Positions 50,837 to 60,968 of a DNA stretch of 64,000 bases are shown here, piece after piece. Each line of letters starts with the position of its first letter. Positions within the stretch are counted from its first letter, which is position 1. The stretch lies in NCBI GenBank assembly GCA_965248535.1, contig CBDFJR010000002.1:64001-128000 (forward strand), given 5' to 3'. The stretch comes from Phormidesmis sp. (GTDB lineage Bacteria; Cyanobacteriota; Cyanobacteriia; Leptolyngbyales; Leptolyngbyaceae). The translations under genes and the position numbers were made by a program. The notes below the pieces were generated by a model that was not told the DNA's origin, ran no database searches, and worked only from the letters and a program-made list of their open reading frames with translations.

Positions 50837-51779
50837 AGGGTCGAATTCATTGCCGCTGGTCAGCATCCTGATCAACAACTATAACTACGGTCAATTCTTG
50901 GCAGAGGCGATCGAAAGCGCGTTACAGCAAACTTATCCCCATACCGAGGTCGTTGTGGTAGATGATGGTTCCACCGACAATTCACGCGAGATCATTGCCA
51001 CTTATGGGGAGGCGATCGTTCCTGTTTTGAAAGCAAACGGTGGGCAGGCTTCAGCATTCAATGCTGGGTTTGCGGCCAGTCAAGGAGATATCATTTGTTT
51101 TTTAGATGCGGATGATCTGTATCTGCCCGAAAAAGTCACAGCGATCGTAGATGTTCTCAACAATTACCAGGAAAGCGCCTGGTGTTTCCATTCCCTCAAG
51201 ATTGTAAACTCCACAAACAAAACCCCGATCGCTCCAGAAGATCACCCTAGGATTGTTTCGGTAGAGGCGTGCGATGTGCGCTCCGATATGCGTCAGGGCG
51301 GCAAAGGACTGCGGCAAAAGCTGCCCTTTTCCCTTCCCGCAACCTCTGGACTCTGCTTTACTCGTCCCCTCCTTCGGCAGATTTTACCAATGCCGGAGGC
51401 CGAAGGAATCGCGATCGGGGATAGCTACGTGCAATTTGTCTCTCTGGCACTAGCACAAGGCTTTGCAATACTCAGCAACCTTGCACTCCAGCGCGTTCAT
51501 AGCAACAATTCCTATACCCGCAGTGTCAACCGAAAAGCCGCAACCGCCAGGATTTTTTGCCTAACAGCCTTCTGGATGCGAACCAACTTTCCCGTTCAGA
51601 CCCAATTTGCCCATAAATTCTTTGCGGCTGGCTTGAGCGACTACTGGCAGGTCAACCAAACAGACAGCAAGACCCAAGAAGTGATAGAGAAATATTTTAG
51701 GTCTATTTCTCCCCTAGAACAGTTAAAAATTCGAGTCAGATCGTTGTACTACTACTTCACCAGCAATCATGTCGAGTAG
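50826..51779 (+). CDS. GT2 glycosyltransferase
   Basis: NNYNYG, VDDGSTD, NGGQASAFN, FLDADD. Confidence 0.92.
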   Translation: MQVKGSNSLPLVSILINNYNYGQFLAEAIESALQQTYPHTEVVVVDDGSTDNSREIIATYGEAIVPVLKANGGQASAFNAGFAASQGDIICFLDADDLYLPEKVTAIVDVLNNYQESAWCFHSLKIVNSTNKTPIAPEDHPRIVSVEACDVRSDMRQGGKGLRQKLPFSLPATSGLCFTRPLLRQILPMPEAEGIAIGDSYVQFVSLALAQGFAILSNLALQRVHSNNSYTRSVNRKAATARIFCLTAFWMRTNFPVQTQFAHKFFAAGLSDYWQVNQTDSKTQEVIEKYFRSISPLEQLKIRVRSLYYYFTSNHVE

Positions 51780-51812
51780 CTGCTGTTATCTAACCCTCCT
51801 TCACCAAAACAG

Positions 51813-52931
51813 ATGAGAGACGATATGAAAATTAAGACAATGCTTGTGACGGGCGACGCACTCTTTTTGCGCCGTTATCAGCCTTTGTTTGAGGCGATCG
51901 CCTCCCAATGTCAACAGTTAACTTACTTGACGGGTGATCAACGGTCTGAGAATCGTTTCTTAAATCAGATCACAAAAGTAGCGAATAAGCTGATTTATAC
52001 GGTTTCTCCAAGCTATGCCAACAGATTACAGAAAAATAGCCAGACATTTATCAGAAAATCAAGATGGCTTGAAGGCAAAATTAGACAGCTTACCGATCAA
52101 CCAGATTTTGTACTACACACGTTTAGTATGTACAGCCCTTTTTGGGATCAATTCGACATCCCCTACGGCATGTATCTGGACTATACAATGATGCTGGTTC
52201 ACAAAAACTGGGCACCCTGGGCACCCTTTGAAACCCCTGACAAATTCTCCGATTGGCTTAACTGCGAGCGCCTGACCTATGAGCGGGCTACTCATCTTTT
52301 TACAATGAGTCGTCTGGTTAAGTCTTCGTTAGTCAATGACTATAATATCTCGCCTGAGAAAATTACGGTTGTGGGTTCTTTTGCAAATCGTCATACCGTG
52401 TATGATGGCGAAAAGAAATTTGGCAGCAAACAGCTTTTGTTCAATGGTGCAGAGTTTGAACGCAAGGGTGGAGATCTAGTACTAGAAGCATTCAAACACG
52501 TCAAGAAAGCTTTGCCAGAAGCCAGTCTAGTGGTGATTGGTAAAAAGCTAAAAACCACTGTTGCCGGAGTTGATAATCCAGGTCGCATTGCGTCCCTAGA
52601 GGAAATGCGCCAACTGTTTCTAAAAACCGATCTGGTTCTCGCTCCCGCTAGGTGCGACCCATTTCCATCGTTTGTGATTGAAGCAATGAATTATGGGGTT
52701 CCCTGTGTTGTCTCACGAAATGATGGAATGCCTGAAATCGTCGATCACGGCATTAATGGTCTGGTTGTCGATTCGCCAACTCCTGAAATGCTGGCTGAGA
52801 AGATCATTGATTTGATGAGTGATCTTCCAACCTTAGCGTCAATGTCTCAACAAGCTCGGCAAAAGGTCACCACTGAGTTGAATCGGCACAGCGTCGCTGC
52901 AAAGATCATCCAAGCCATCGCCATCAAATAA
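51813..52931 (+). CDS. GT4 glycosyltransferase
   Basis: FERKGG, DPFPSFVIEAM, GMPEIV. Confidence 0.88.
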   Translation: MRDDMKIKTMLVTGDALFLRRYQPLFEAIASQCQQLTYLTGDQRSENRFLNQITKVANKLIYTVSPSYANRLQKNSQTFIRKSRWLEGKIRQLTDQPDFVLHTFSMYSPFWDQFDIPYGMYLDYTMMLVHKNWAPWAPFETPDKFSDWLNCERLTYERATHLFTMSRLVKSSLVNDYNISPEKITVVGSFANRHTVYDGEKKFGSKQLLFNGAEFERKGGDLVLEAFKHVKKALPEASLVVIGKKLKTTVAGVDNPGRIASLEEMRQLFLKTDLVLAPARCDPFPSFVIEAMNYGVPCVVSRNDGMPEIVDHGINGLVVDSPTPEMLAEKIIDLMSDLPTLASMSQQARQKVTTELNRHSVAAKIIQAIAIK

Positions 52932-53002
52932 CTTATTGACTCAAACGTTCAGATTCAGACATTTATTCCGTAGATTACCGATCGGTTGTATCTTGATTCA
53001 AA

Positions 53003-54286
53003 ATGAGCAAATTGTTGAAGTGGGTTGACAAGATAATCGTTATTTTCAGCCTGCTTTACTATACAGGGACGCTGAATTTTTTGGGTGGTATCACTATCGC
53101 AGATGATCCTGCCCTCAAACGAACAGAACCGACGGAAGGCGCGGTGCTGAGTATGATTCAACTCTTGCTTTACGCCGCTACTCTCTTGATGACGGGTGCC
53201 CGCTATAAGCAAATTCTTTATGTTGCCAGCAAGCGTAAAGTCTTCTGGGGGTTTGTTGCAGTTATTCTACTGTCATTTTTGTGGTCTCAGGTTCCTGACA
53301 TTACGATGCGACGAGCGGTTGTGTTTCTAGGAGTTACCCTGCTAGGGTTGAATATTTCTGTTCGTTACACCATCAGAGAGCAATTGTTTCTTCTAGCCTG
53401 GACAATGGGGATTATGGTTCTCATTAATCTTGTATTTACACTAGGATTTCCCTGGGCAGCGATCGAAGCCGGAGAACATCAGGGAGCTTGGCGAGGGGTC
53501 TATGCCCAAAAAAATATCCTTGGTAGAAACACAGTTTTGAGTGCAATTATCTTTTTGTTAGCAGCGATGGAGAGTCGTCCTCATCGGACTATACTCTGGG
53601 GCGGTTTGGGGCTTTCCGTTCTGCTTATTCTATTGTCTGGGTCTAAAGGTGCCCTGGTGGTGTTTTTAGTTCTGCTGGCTCTGATCCCGTTGTTTAGTGC
53701 TCTACGATCAAGCAATAGTTTGGTTTTACCGTTGTTAATTATAGGGATACTGGTAGGAGGTAGTATCGCTACTTTACTGATTGGAAATACAGAAACAATC
53801 GTAAAATTTTTGGGTCGAGATTTGACGTTAACAGGCCGCACTGGAATCTGGTCAGTTGTGATCAGCAAGATCGCCCAACATCCCTGGCTAGGCTATGGCT
53901 ACAAAAGCTTTTGGCGGGGCATGGACGGAGACTCAGCCGATGTTTGGTATGAGACGTTGTTTATGGCACCCAATTCACACAACGGTTTTTTAGATTTGCT
54001 GGTAGACCTAGGAATCATCGGTTGTTCATGCTTCATCCTGAGTTTTATCAAAAACTGCGATCGCGCGATCGTTTGGTTGCGCTTAGATCCGACAGCCGCC
54101 GGGTTACTCCCGATCATGTATCTCATGTTCATGTTTCTCTACAACCTAACAGAAAGCACAATCCTGGATCCGGCTATCTTCGTCTTGCTTCTCTATCCCG
54201 CCATCACGACTTCTGTCCTGACTCAGCCCATTGCGATCAAAACGTCGGCTTCACCAGAATCAACCATTCACCCCTCAGGAGTCTAA
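53003..54286 (+). CDS. wzy: Wzy polymerase / O-antigen ligase family
   Basis: WRGVYAQKN, SGSKGA, LTGRTGIW, HNGFLD; multi-TM. Confidence 0.8.
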   Translation: MSKLLKWVDKIIVIFSLLYYTGTLNFLGGITIADDPALKRTEPTEGAVLSMIQLLLYAATLLMTGARYKQILYVASKRKVFWGFVAVILLSFLWSQVPDITMRRAVVFLGVTLLGLNISVRYTIREQLFLLAWTMGIMVLINLVFTLGFPWAAIEAGEHQGAWRGVYAQKNILGRNTVLSAIIFLLAAMESRPHRTILWGGLGLSVLLILLSGSKGALVVFLVLLALIPLFSALRSSNSLVLPLLIIGILVGGSIATLLIGNTETIVKFLGRDLTLTGRTGIWSVVISKIAQHPWLGYGYKSFWRGMDGDSADVWYETLFMAPNSHNGFLDLLVDLGIIGCSCFILSFIKNCDRAIVWLRLDPTAAGLLPIMYLMFMFLYNLTESTILDPAIFVLLLYPAITTSVLTQPIAIKTSASPESTIHPSGV

Positions 54287-54289
54287 AAG

Positions 54290-55387
54290 ATGTCTAAACG
54301 ACTAGCTATTTTTGTACACAGCTTATATGGGGGTGGAGCAGAACGGGCAATGTTAAATCTAGCACGGGGGTTTTCAGAACAGGGAATTCAAGTAGATTTG
54401 GTACTGTTGCGGGTGGAAGGTGCCTATTTATCCCAGCTACCACCAGAAGTGCGGGTGATTGATCTAGGCAGAAAGCGATTGTGGCAAAGTTTGCCTGCTC
54501 TAGCCAACTATCTGCGCCAAGAAGCGCCACCAGTGATGCTTTCAACATTAGATGATACCAACATTGCTGCCTTGTGGGTGCGCCGTCTGGCTGGTAGTAA
54601 AACCCGGCTAGTTGTGAATGTGCAAAATACCATCTCCCAAGATGCGAAAACTGCAACCGATCTAAAAACTCGACTAATGCCCTTATTCGTGCGTTGGTTT
54701 TTCTCCTGGGCTGATGCTGTCGTACCTGTATCTCATGGGGTTGCTGAAGATTTGGTGCAACTAGGAGTCGCGCTCGATCTCATTCATGTGATCCCCAATC
54801 CAGTCATTACGCCAGAGGTGTTTCAGAAGGATAGGGAAACCATTGATCATCCTTGGTTTGCTCCTAATCAATTGCCCGTGATCTTGGGTGTAGGTCGGTT
54901 GAATCAGCAAAAGAATTTTCCCACCTTGATCCGGGCGTTTGCCGAGGTGCAACAGCACCATCCCTGTCGATTGGTCATTTTAGGAGAAGGTGAGGAACTA
55001 GCATCCCTGAAAATATTGATCCAAGAACTGGGACTCAGTGACGTTGTTGATTTCCCAGGCTTTGTGAGCAATCCCTATGCCTACATGGCACAGTCTGCCG
55101 TTTTTGTCCTTTCGTCCCTGTTTGAAGGCTTGCCAAGTGTGCTGATCGAAGCTCTGGCGATGGGAACGTCGGTTGTAGCAACCAACTGTAAGAGCGGGCC
55201 ACTGGAGATTTTAGAAAGCGGGAAATACGGCAAATTAGTCAACGTCGGCGATGTAGAGAAAATGGCGATCGAGATCCTAGAAACATTGGCATCGCCAATG
55301 GATGCAGAGATGCTCCGACAACGAGCGCGAGAATTTACCCTGGAGCGATCGCTCTCCCAATATGCTGAGGTGTTGCAGCTTGTTTAA
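54290..55387 (+). CDS. GT4 glycosyltransferase
   Basis: GGAER, GRLNQQKNF, NPYAYM, EGLPSVLIEA. Confidence 0.92.
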   Translation: MSKRLAIFVHSLYGGGAERAMLNLARGFSEQGIQVDLVLLRVEGAYLSQLPPEVRVIDLGRKRLWQSLPALANYLRQEAPPVMLSTLDDTNIAALWVRRLAGSKTRLVVNVQNTISQDAKTATDLKTRLMPLFVRWFFSWADAVVPVSHGVAEDLVQLGVALDLIHVIPNPVITPEVFQKDRETIDHPWFAPNQLPVILGVGRLNQQKNFPTLIRAFAEVQQHHPCRLVILGEGEELASLKILIQELGLSDVVDFPGFVSNPYAYMAQSAVFVLSSLFEGLPSVLIEALAMGTSVVATNCKSGPLEILESGKYGKLVNVGDVEKMAIEILETLASPMDAEMLRQRAREFTLERSLSQYAEVLQLV

Positions 55388-55498
55388 GGCGATCGGGTTA
55401 CAGCCAGGGTATGTGAAACTGACGTGCGATCCGATTCTGGAGACTGGTTGGCTTCTTTGTCGTTACTCCATTCACTTTAGATTTAGAGGTCTATAACG

Positions 55499-56683
55499 AT
55501 GAGTGTTCCTAAGTTACTCATTTTTTCGGCTGATTCATCATACGCTGGTCTGGCTCGACTGCCTAAAGCCCTCAAAGGCGCTGGATTTGAGGTTGCTGCC
55601 TTGTGTTGGTCAAGTGCCTTTCTGTCTAAAACACGTTACCTTGATCAACTTTTTCTCTTAAGCAAAGATCGGCTTTTTTGTCTAATCAGAACGATGGATT
55701 CAGCTAAACTTTTGCAGCAGCTAGTCAAGGTTGTAAAAGTTTGGCAGCCATCTCTCGTGATCTATGGCGACGAAATGACTGTTGCGTTTGCTCACTATAT
55801 TGTTCGCCATGCAGTCAAGTTTGCAACGATCTTGCCAAACGATGTTTTAGGGTTGCTTCAATCGTCACTGGGAGACCCTCAATTTTTTGAAGCGACCCTG
55901 CTAAAGCATAAGACTTTGGAGGCTGGCTATGCACTGGGGCGACGGGTGCCTGCCATAGACTCAGTAGTTGATGAACAGGAAGCGTGGCAGTTTGCTGAAA
56001 AAGTTGGCTACCCAGTTGTGGTGAAGAAAGGCTTTAGCTGTTCTGGGGTTGGAGTCAAAGTTTGTCACAGTGATACAGATTTTTCATCTGCATTGCAGGC
56101 GTTTCTGCCCCGCCCATTGGCTCCTCTCAAGAGTTTTATCCGAAAGCAACTGCGTCGCGATTGGTTCCCAGTTGAAACAGCATTGGGACTACAGCAGTTT
56201 ATTCGGGGACGCACCGCAATGTATCCTCTAGTTGCTATGGAGGGAGAAGTTCTGGCAGGATTTGTTGCGATTAAGGAACTAACCTGTTCGGAAAATGGCC
56301 CCAGCAGCGTCATTCGTCTGGTTAACCATGCCGAAGCGGGAGCGACTGCTGCTGCCCTGATTAAGCAGTTTCGGTTTACAGGGTTTGCAACAGTTGATTT
56401 CATTATTGAGGAAGGGAGCGATCGCGCCTACTTGCTGGAATTTAATCCCAGACCCGTTCCTGTTTGTCATTTGGGTGCGTTAGCTGGGGTCAATTTGGGG
56501 GCAGCCTTATTTGCCCGCATCAGTGGTCATCCCTGGGAACCTCAAACAGTTATGGAACAAGAACAGTTAGTTGCACTGTTTCCACAAGAGTGGCGGCGTG
56601 ACCCAGACAGTGCAAATTTACGCCAGATCTACCACGACGTACCCTGGGACGATCCAGACCTAATGAGAGCTTATACAGCCTAA
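55499..56683 (+). CDS. ATP-grasp domain protein
   Basis: GYPVVVK, SGVGV, QQFIRG, DFI, LLEFNPR. Confidence 0.85.
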   Translation: MSVPKLLIFSADSSYAGLARLPKALKGAGFEVAALCWSSAFLSKTRYLDQLFLLSKDRLFCLIRTMDSAKLLQQLVKVVKVWQPSLVIYGDEMTVAFAHYIVRHAVKFATILPNDVLGLLQSSLGDPQFFEATLLKHKTLEAGYALGRRVPAIDSVVDEQEAWQFAEKVGYPVVVKKGFSCSGVGVKVCHSDTDFSSALQAFLPRPLAPLKSFIRKQLRRDWFPVETALGLQQFIRGRTAMYPLVAMEGEVLAGFVAIKELTCSENGPSSVIRLVNHAEAGATAAALIKQFRFTGFATVDFIIEEGSDRAYLLEFNPRPVPVCHLGALAGVNLGAALFARISGHPWEPQTVMEQEQLVALFPQEWRRDPDSANLRQIYHDVPWDDPDLMRAYTA

Positions 56684-56833
56684 GAGGATGTTTGAAAAGT
56701 ATTTTTTCTGACGTTACAGTTTCTCGCCTCCCCTACATCACCCTTAAAAAGGGGGACTCTGATGTCTTGTTCCCCCTTTTTTAAGGGGAGCTAGGGGGAT
56801 CTCCTGACGATTTGATACTTCTCAAACATCCCC
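56684..56833. mobile_element. MITE with IS5-family-like ends and TAA duplication
   Basis: TAA|GAGGATGTTTGAAAAGTAT ... ATACTTCTCAAACATCCCC|TAA; internal CCCTTAAAAAGGG / CCCCCTTTTTTAAGGGG hairpins. Confidence 0.85.
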
Positions 56834-56972
56834 TAAGAATGTATCTAAGAAATGTTCAATCTCTCTTACTGCCTGTCAGAGAGAGAGAAACGAAAGACTG
56901 TTTAAGATTCCTTCGCCTAGGAGATTTCCAGAAGTTTCTGATGGCACAGACCACCGTTTAGTAGGAGCACCT

Positions 56973-58331
56973 ATGAGCAAAAGTTCAATACACGGACTGA
57001 CTGATTATCTGATCAAACCGATCTGTCTTACCAAAAATGCCCCAGAAACATCCAATTCTTGGAGAGCACAACTGGCATCTTTAGCGCTCATTCTCTTTAT
57101 TGCACTAATCGCGTTCTGGAGAATTAAATCCAAAATTGTAGGAATTGATGATCCATACTGGTTGAGAGATTTTTATTTTGCCTACTATCCCGCAGGTCAC
57201 CTAGTATTTAGCGATCCAGGACAACTCTACGATTTTACAAAAGTAGAGTTTGGCCCCAGGGTTGGATTGCCCCAGCCAGTGATCTATGGGTTTGTCAATC
57301 TTCCGATCGTCGCTTACCTGTTTACGCCATTTTCCTGGCTCGGTCAATTTCCAGGAGACTTTTTGTTTACCCTGATCGGAGTTTTGACAGTCATTTTCTC
57401 CGGTTGGCTACTGATCAGATTAGCGGATCTTCAGGGGTGGAAACGCATTGTTTTCAGCGTGCTCTTGGCACTAAATGCCCCTATATTTAACAGTATCTGG
57501 TTAGGCAACTCTACTCATATAGTTCTGCTGCTGGTGATTGCATCTTTCTGCTGCCTGCGTGGGAAGAAGGATGCTTGGAGTGGAGCCTTGTTGGCGATCG
57601 CTGGGTTGATTAAAATTCCCCTATTATTCCCAATCTTGTACTTCGTTTTAAGAAAACGCTGGCAGGCGGTAAAGGGGTTTTTTGCTACTCTGTTAGCGAT
57701 CGTAAGTCTATCGATTTTGGTCTGTGGCTTCAATTTAAATCTCGTCTGGTTCCAAAAATGCATTTTAACCTTCTCTGGCAAAGTCGTCGCGGGCGATACG
57801 GTTCAGTCTGTTGACTCATTTTTGATCCGACTGTTGACTAATGCACCAATTAGTAGTTATGACTATGTAGAAGGTGATTGGGTCTTTAAGCTACTGCGAT
57901 ATGCAGTGTTCCTAGTTCTCATTGGTGGGACGATGCTGACCATGCTGCGTTCCCGATCAGTTCAATCTACCGAGACTGAAAGCTTAGAATTTTCTAGTTT
58001 TTTATGTTTGACTTTGCTGATTAGCCCGATCTCTTGGACTCACTATTACCTTCTCCTGGTGTTGCCGATCGCCCTTTATATGGGTGGACAATTAGGCATT
58101 TCAAACCGATGGCAATGGTCTGCTGCAATGGTGTTGAGTATAGTCCTCTTGATCACGCCCAATATCAGAAATATCCCGCACCATCCCGTCATGGCTGCTT
58201 TGACGCGCCACATACTGGTCTCCCACTATTTTTGGGGTGGCATCTTGTTGTTAGGGGTTTTATTGGCAACGTTAATAAAACAACAAAAACTTAGTTCGGG
58301 TTCGTCATCTATATCAGCCGAAAAGAGTTGA
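56973..58331 (+). CDS. GT87 (DUF2029) GT-C membrane glycosyltransferase, copy 1
   Basis: RDFYFAYY, FVNLPIVAYLFTPF, LGN, LIKIP, SPISWTHYY. Confidence 0.82.
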   Translation: MSKSSIHGLTDYLIKPICLTKNAPETSNSWRAQLASLALILFIALIAFWRIKSKIVGIDDPYWLRDFYFAYYPAGHLVFSDPGQLYDFTKVEFGPRVGLPQPVIYGFVNLPIVAYLFTPFSWLGQFPGDFLFTLIGVLTVIFSGWLLIRLADLQGWKRIVFSVLLALNAPIFNSIWLGNSTHIVLLLVIASFCCLRGKKDAWSGALLAIAGLIKIPLLFPILYFVLRKRWQAVKGFFATLLAIVSLSILVCGFNLNLVWFQKCILTFSGKVVAGDTVQSVDSFLIRLLTNAPISSYDYVEGDWVFKLLRYAVFLVLIGGTMLTMLRSRSVQSTETESLEFSSFLCLTLLISPISWTHYYLLLVLPIALYMGGQLGISNRWQWSAAMVLSIVLLITPNIRNIPHHPVMAALTRHILVSHYFWGGILLLGVLLATLIKQQKLSSGSSSISAEKS

Positions 58332-58380
58332 TATCAGAAAAAGCTCAATGTACTAGTAGTCCGCTCATTTAGTAAAGCAA

Positions 58381-59631
58381 ATGCAGTTTGATAAAATTTC
58401 CTCCGCGTTAGCTCGGCCCGGAAAGTCTTTGCCGGGAACACTTGCATTGATTTTGTTGATTGGACTAATTGTTTATAGAAGGATACACTCAACACCACCA
58501 GAACTTCTTGACTTCTATAATGCTTATTACCCAGCAGGGCGGCTGATTTTTGAACATCCAGATAGACTCTATAGTTTTGCCAAATCAATTATTCTTGGGT
58601 TTGTCAATCTGCCGATTATTGCCTATCTATTGACACCATTTTCATTGCTTGATCAGTATCCGGCTGGCATTCTGTTCACGCTTCTGGGCGTTGGGTCGGC
58701 CATTATCTCTGGCTGGCTTCTCATTAAATTGGCTAACCTGAATGGCTGGAAGCAGGTTGTGTTCATTCTGCTTCTAGCGATCAATACTCCAATTTATTAC
58801 AGCATTTGGTTGGGCAATTCTACTCCAACCGTCTTCCTGTGCATCATTGCCTCATTCCTATGCTTTCGTCTGAAACGAGATACCTGGAGCGGGGTATTTC
58901 TAGCGATCGCTGGGCTGCTTAAAATTCCACTCTTATTTCCCATCTTATATTTTGTCCTGCGAAAACGCTGGCAGGTTGTCAAAAGCTTTTTCGTCACCCT
59001 GTCTGCTGCTGTGGGGCTGTCAGTTTTGGTCTGCGGATTAAACTTAAACGTGACCTGGTTTAAGGAATGTATTTTGGCATTTGCTGGCAAGGTTGTTGCT
59101 GCTTACAATGTGCAATCTGTTGACTCTTTTGTGATCCGCTTAGTCACCAATGCTCCCATCGATACTTGGGACTATACAGAAGGGAGTTGGTTATTTAAAC
59201 TGTTACGCTATAGTTTGTTTCTCATCCTCATTGGGGGAACAATTTTCACCCTTCTGCGGTCTCGTCAGATTCAATCACCCGAAGTTGAAAACCTGGAGTT
59301 TTCCAGTTTTCTTTGCTTGGCATTGCTCGTCAGCCCAGTATCTTGGACTCATTATTACCTTGTTTTGCTCTTGCCGATCGCCCTCTATTTGGGGGGACAG
59401 TTGGGTATCCCCAATCGATGGTATTGGGTTACTCCAATGATGGTTAGCATTTTGTTACTCACTTTACCAAACGTGAGAAGCGTCACCTCTGCAAATCCTC
59501 TGCTTGCCGCTCTTACCCGTCATCTTCTGGTTTCCCACTTTTTTTGGGGAGGTGTCTTACTTCTAGGAATCTTATTATCTGCACGATTACGTCTCGGTTC
59601 GGCAGGCTACGCCAGTAGAACTCAAGAATGA
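58381..59631 (+). CDS. GT87 (DUF2029) GT-C membrane glycosyltransferase, copy 2
   Basis: LDFYNAYY, FVNLPIIAYLLTPF, LGN, LLKIP, SPVSWTHYY; clear paralog of the upstream gene. Confidence 0.82.
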   Translation: MQFDKISSALARPGKSLPGTLALILLIGLIVYRRIHSTPPELLDFYNAYYPAGRLIFEHPDRLYSFAKSIILGFVNLPIIAYLLTPFSLLDQYPAGILFTLLGVGSAIISGWLLIKLANLNGWKQVVFILLLAINTPIYYSIWLGNSTPTVFLCIIASFLCFRLKRDTWSGVFLAIAGLLKIPLLFPILYFVLRKRWQVVKSFFVTLSAAVGLSVLVCGLNLNVTWFKECILAFAGKVVAAYNVQSVDSFVIRLVTNAPIDTWDYTEGSWLFKLLRYSLFLILIGGTIFTLLRSRQIQSPEVENLEFSSFLCLALLVSPVSWTHYYLVLLLPIALYLGGQLGIPNRWYWVTPMMVSILLLTLPNVRSVTSANPLLAALTRHLLVSHFFWGGVLLLGILLSARLRLGSAGYASRTQE

Positions 59632-59836
59632 TTCGAGAGACCTCAGCGATTGAAGCCATTATTGATCAAGCCCCACAAAATGGGTCGCAGGGCAAAGCCC
59701 CACAGTGGGGTTTAGCTTTTGATCTATGGCAGGTTTGAATCTAAATCTCTGCAATGCAGGCTTCCTAATAAAGAAGCTTCTAAAATTCTTGATAAAATTT
59801 CTGCGGCTGTTAGATAGCTCTATTAAAAAGCCAGAC

Positions 59837-60658
59837 ATGATCTCTGATAGAAACTATACAAGAAATGTTTTCTTAGTTATCCTTTGTATGGCTATCTTCT
59901 TAATAGCTGGATGCCCAAATAAGGAGGATCGCGTGATTGGAGTCTCTATGGAAGCTAGTAATCTCTCCATCGTCGAAAAATGTGAAGATTTTGCTCGTAT
60001 TCCTGTAGGTGAGTATCTGTTGGATAACAATGTGTGGGGAAAGGGCGATAGTTTAGATTACCGACAGTGTGTTTGGGCTGACCTAACCAGTAATCCGCTC
60101 AGGGCTGGATGGTCGTGGTCGTGGCCAACCTTCAACAAAAAAGTGAAGGCTTATCCAGAGATTCATTATGGGTGGGACTGGGACAAGAAATTTACAACTC
60201 CCAAATTACCGCTCAAGGTTAATAAAATTGACAAAATTCAAGCGAAATATGATATCAGCACGTCTGCGGAAGGAGCCTATAATCTTGCATTCGATTTGTG
60301 GCTCACAAAAGCATCTTTTCCAACACGAGATAATCTATCGAGAGAAGTCATGATCTGGGTGGATGGAACCCAAAAGCATAATACTGATTCAACACAGGTA
60401 GGAAGATTTAAGATTGATGGTGAGGACTATGATTTATTCATTAACCATGATTGGAATTATTGGACTTATTTTGCCTTCGTTAAGGTGATTGCACAACCAA
60501 AAGGTACGTTAAATATTCATGAATTTCTATTTTTTCTGAAAAATGCTGGATATATTTCGCCGAACGAATCTCTAGTTGAGATAGAGATTGGCAATGAAAT
60601 TTGGCTCGGAAAAGGACAAACGATCGTGAATAGCTACTCTATCAATGTTAATGATTGA
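59837..60658 (+). CDS. GH12 endoglucanase-like lipoprotein
   Basis: Lipobox IAGC, NNVWG, VKAYP, NLAFDLW, REVMIW (nucleophile Glu), IGNEIW (acid/base Glu). Confidence 0.85.
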   Translation: MISDRNYTRNVFLVILCMAIFLIAGCPNKEDRVIGVSMEASNLSIVEKCEDFARIPVGEYLLDNNVWGKGDSLDYRQCVWADLTSNPLRAGWSWSWPTFNKKVKAYPEIHYGWDWDKKFTTPKLPLKVNKIDKIQAKYDISTSAEGAYNLAFDLWLTKASFPTRDNLSREVMIWVDGTQKHNTDSTQVGRFKIDGEDYDLFINHDWNYWTYFAFVKVIAQPKGTLNIHEFLFFLKNAGYISPNESLVEIEIGNEIWLGKGQTIVNSYSINVND

Positions 60659-60899
60659 AGCGATTTCCTGTGGTTTCGAGGGTGGGGTTTGAGTAACAAT
60701 AGCGTGAGTTTGGGATAACATGTTGCAGGCTATTTTCAATTTGGTATGAAACCCAAGTTCTAGGGCTGGTGATGCAAATCGATCGTGACGGTTGCTTCGA
60801 TAATCCCTGTTTATTTAGAGAGGGGTTAGGTATGGGTTTGATGAAAGTTGAGAAAGGACGATCGCTGCCCCTAGCCCGATCGCTAGACTTAACCCTTTG

Positions 60900-60942
60900 G
60901 TGCTGAGAGATACAAAACGCCTCTATAGTCAGCCTTTAATCT
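60900..60942 (+). promoter_or_regulatory. Putative NtcA-activated promoter of nitH
   Basis: GTG-CTGAGAGA-TAC then TAATCT (-10) 23 nt downstream. Confidence 0.55.
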
Positions 60943-60968
60943 TGCAGCACTGTCTGAAGGTGTCTTTA

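Noticed and set aside
59664..59725. c-di-GMP-I riboswitch suggested by GGGCAAAGCC
   Set aside because: Lacks the GAAA-tetraloop P2 and P3 architecture; looks like a remnant of a dispersed palindromic repeat
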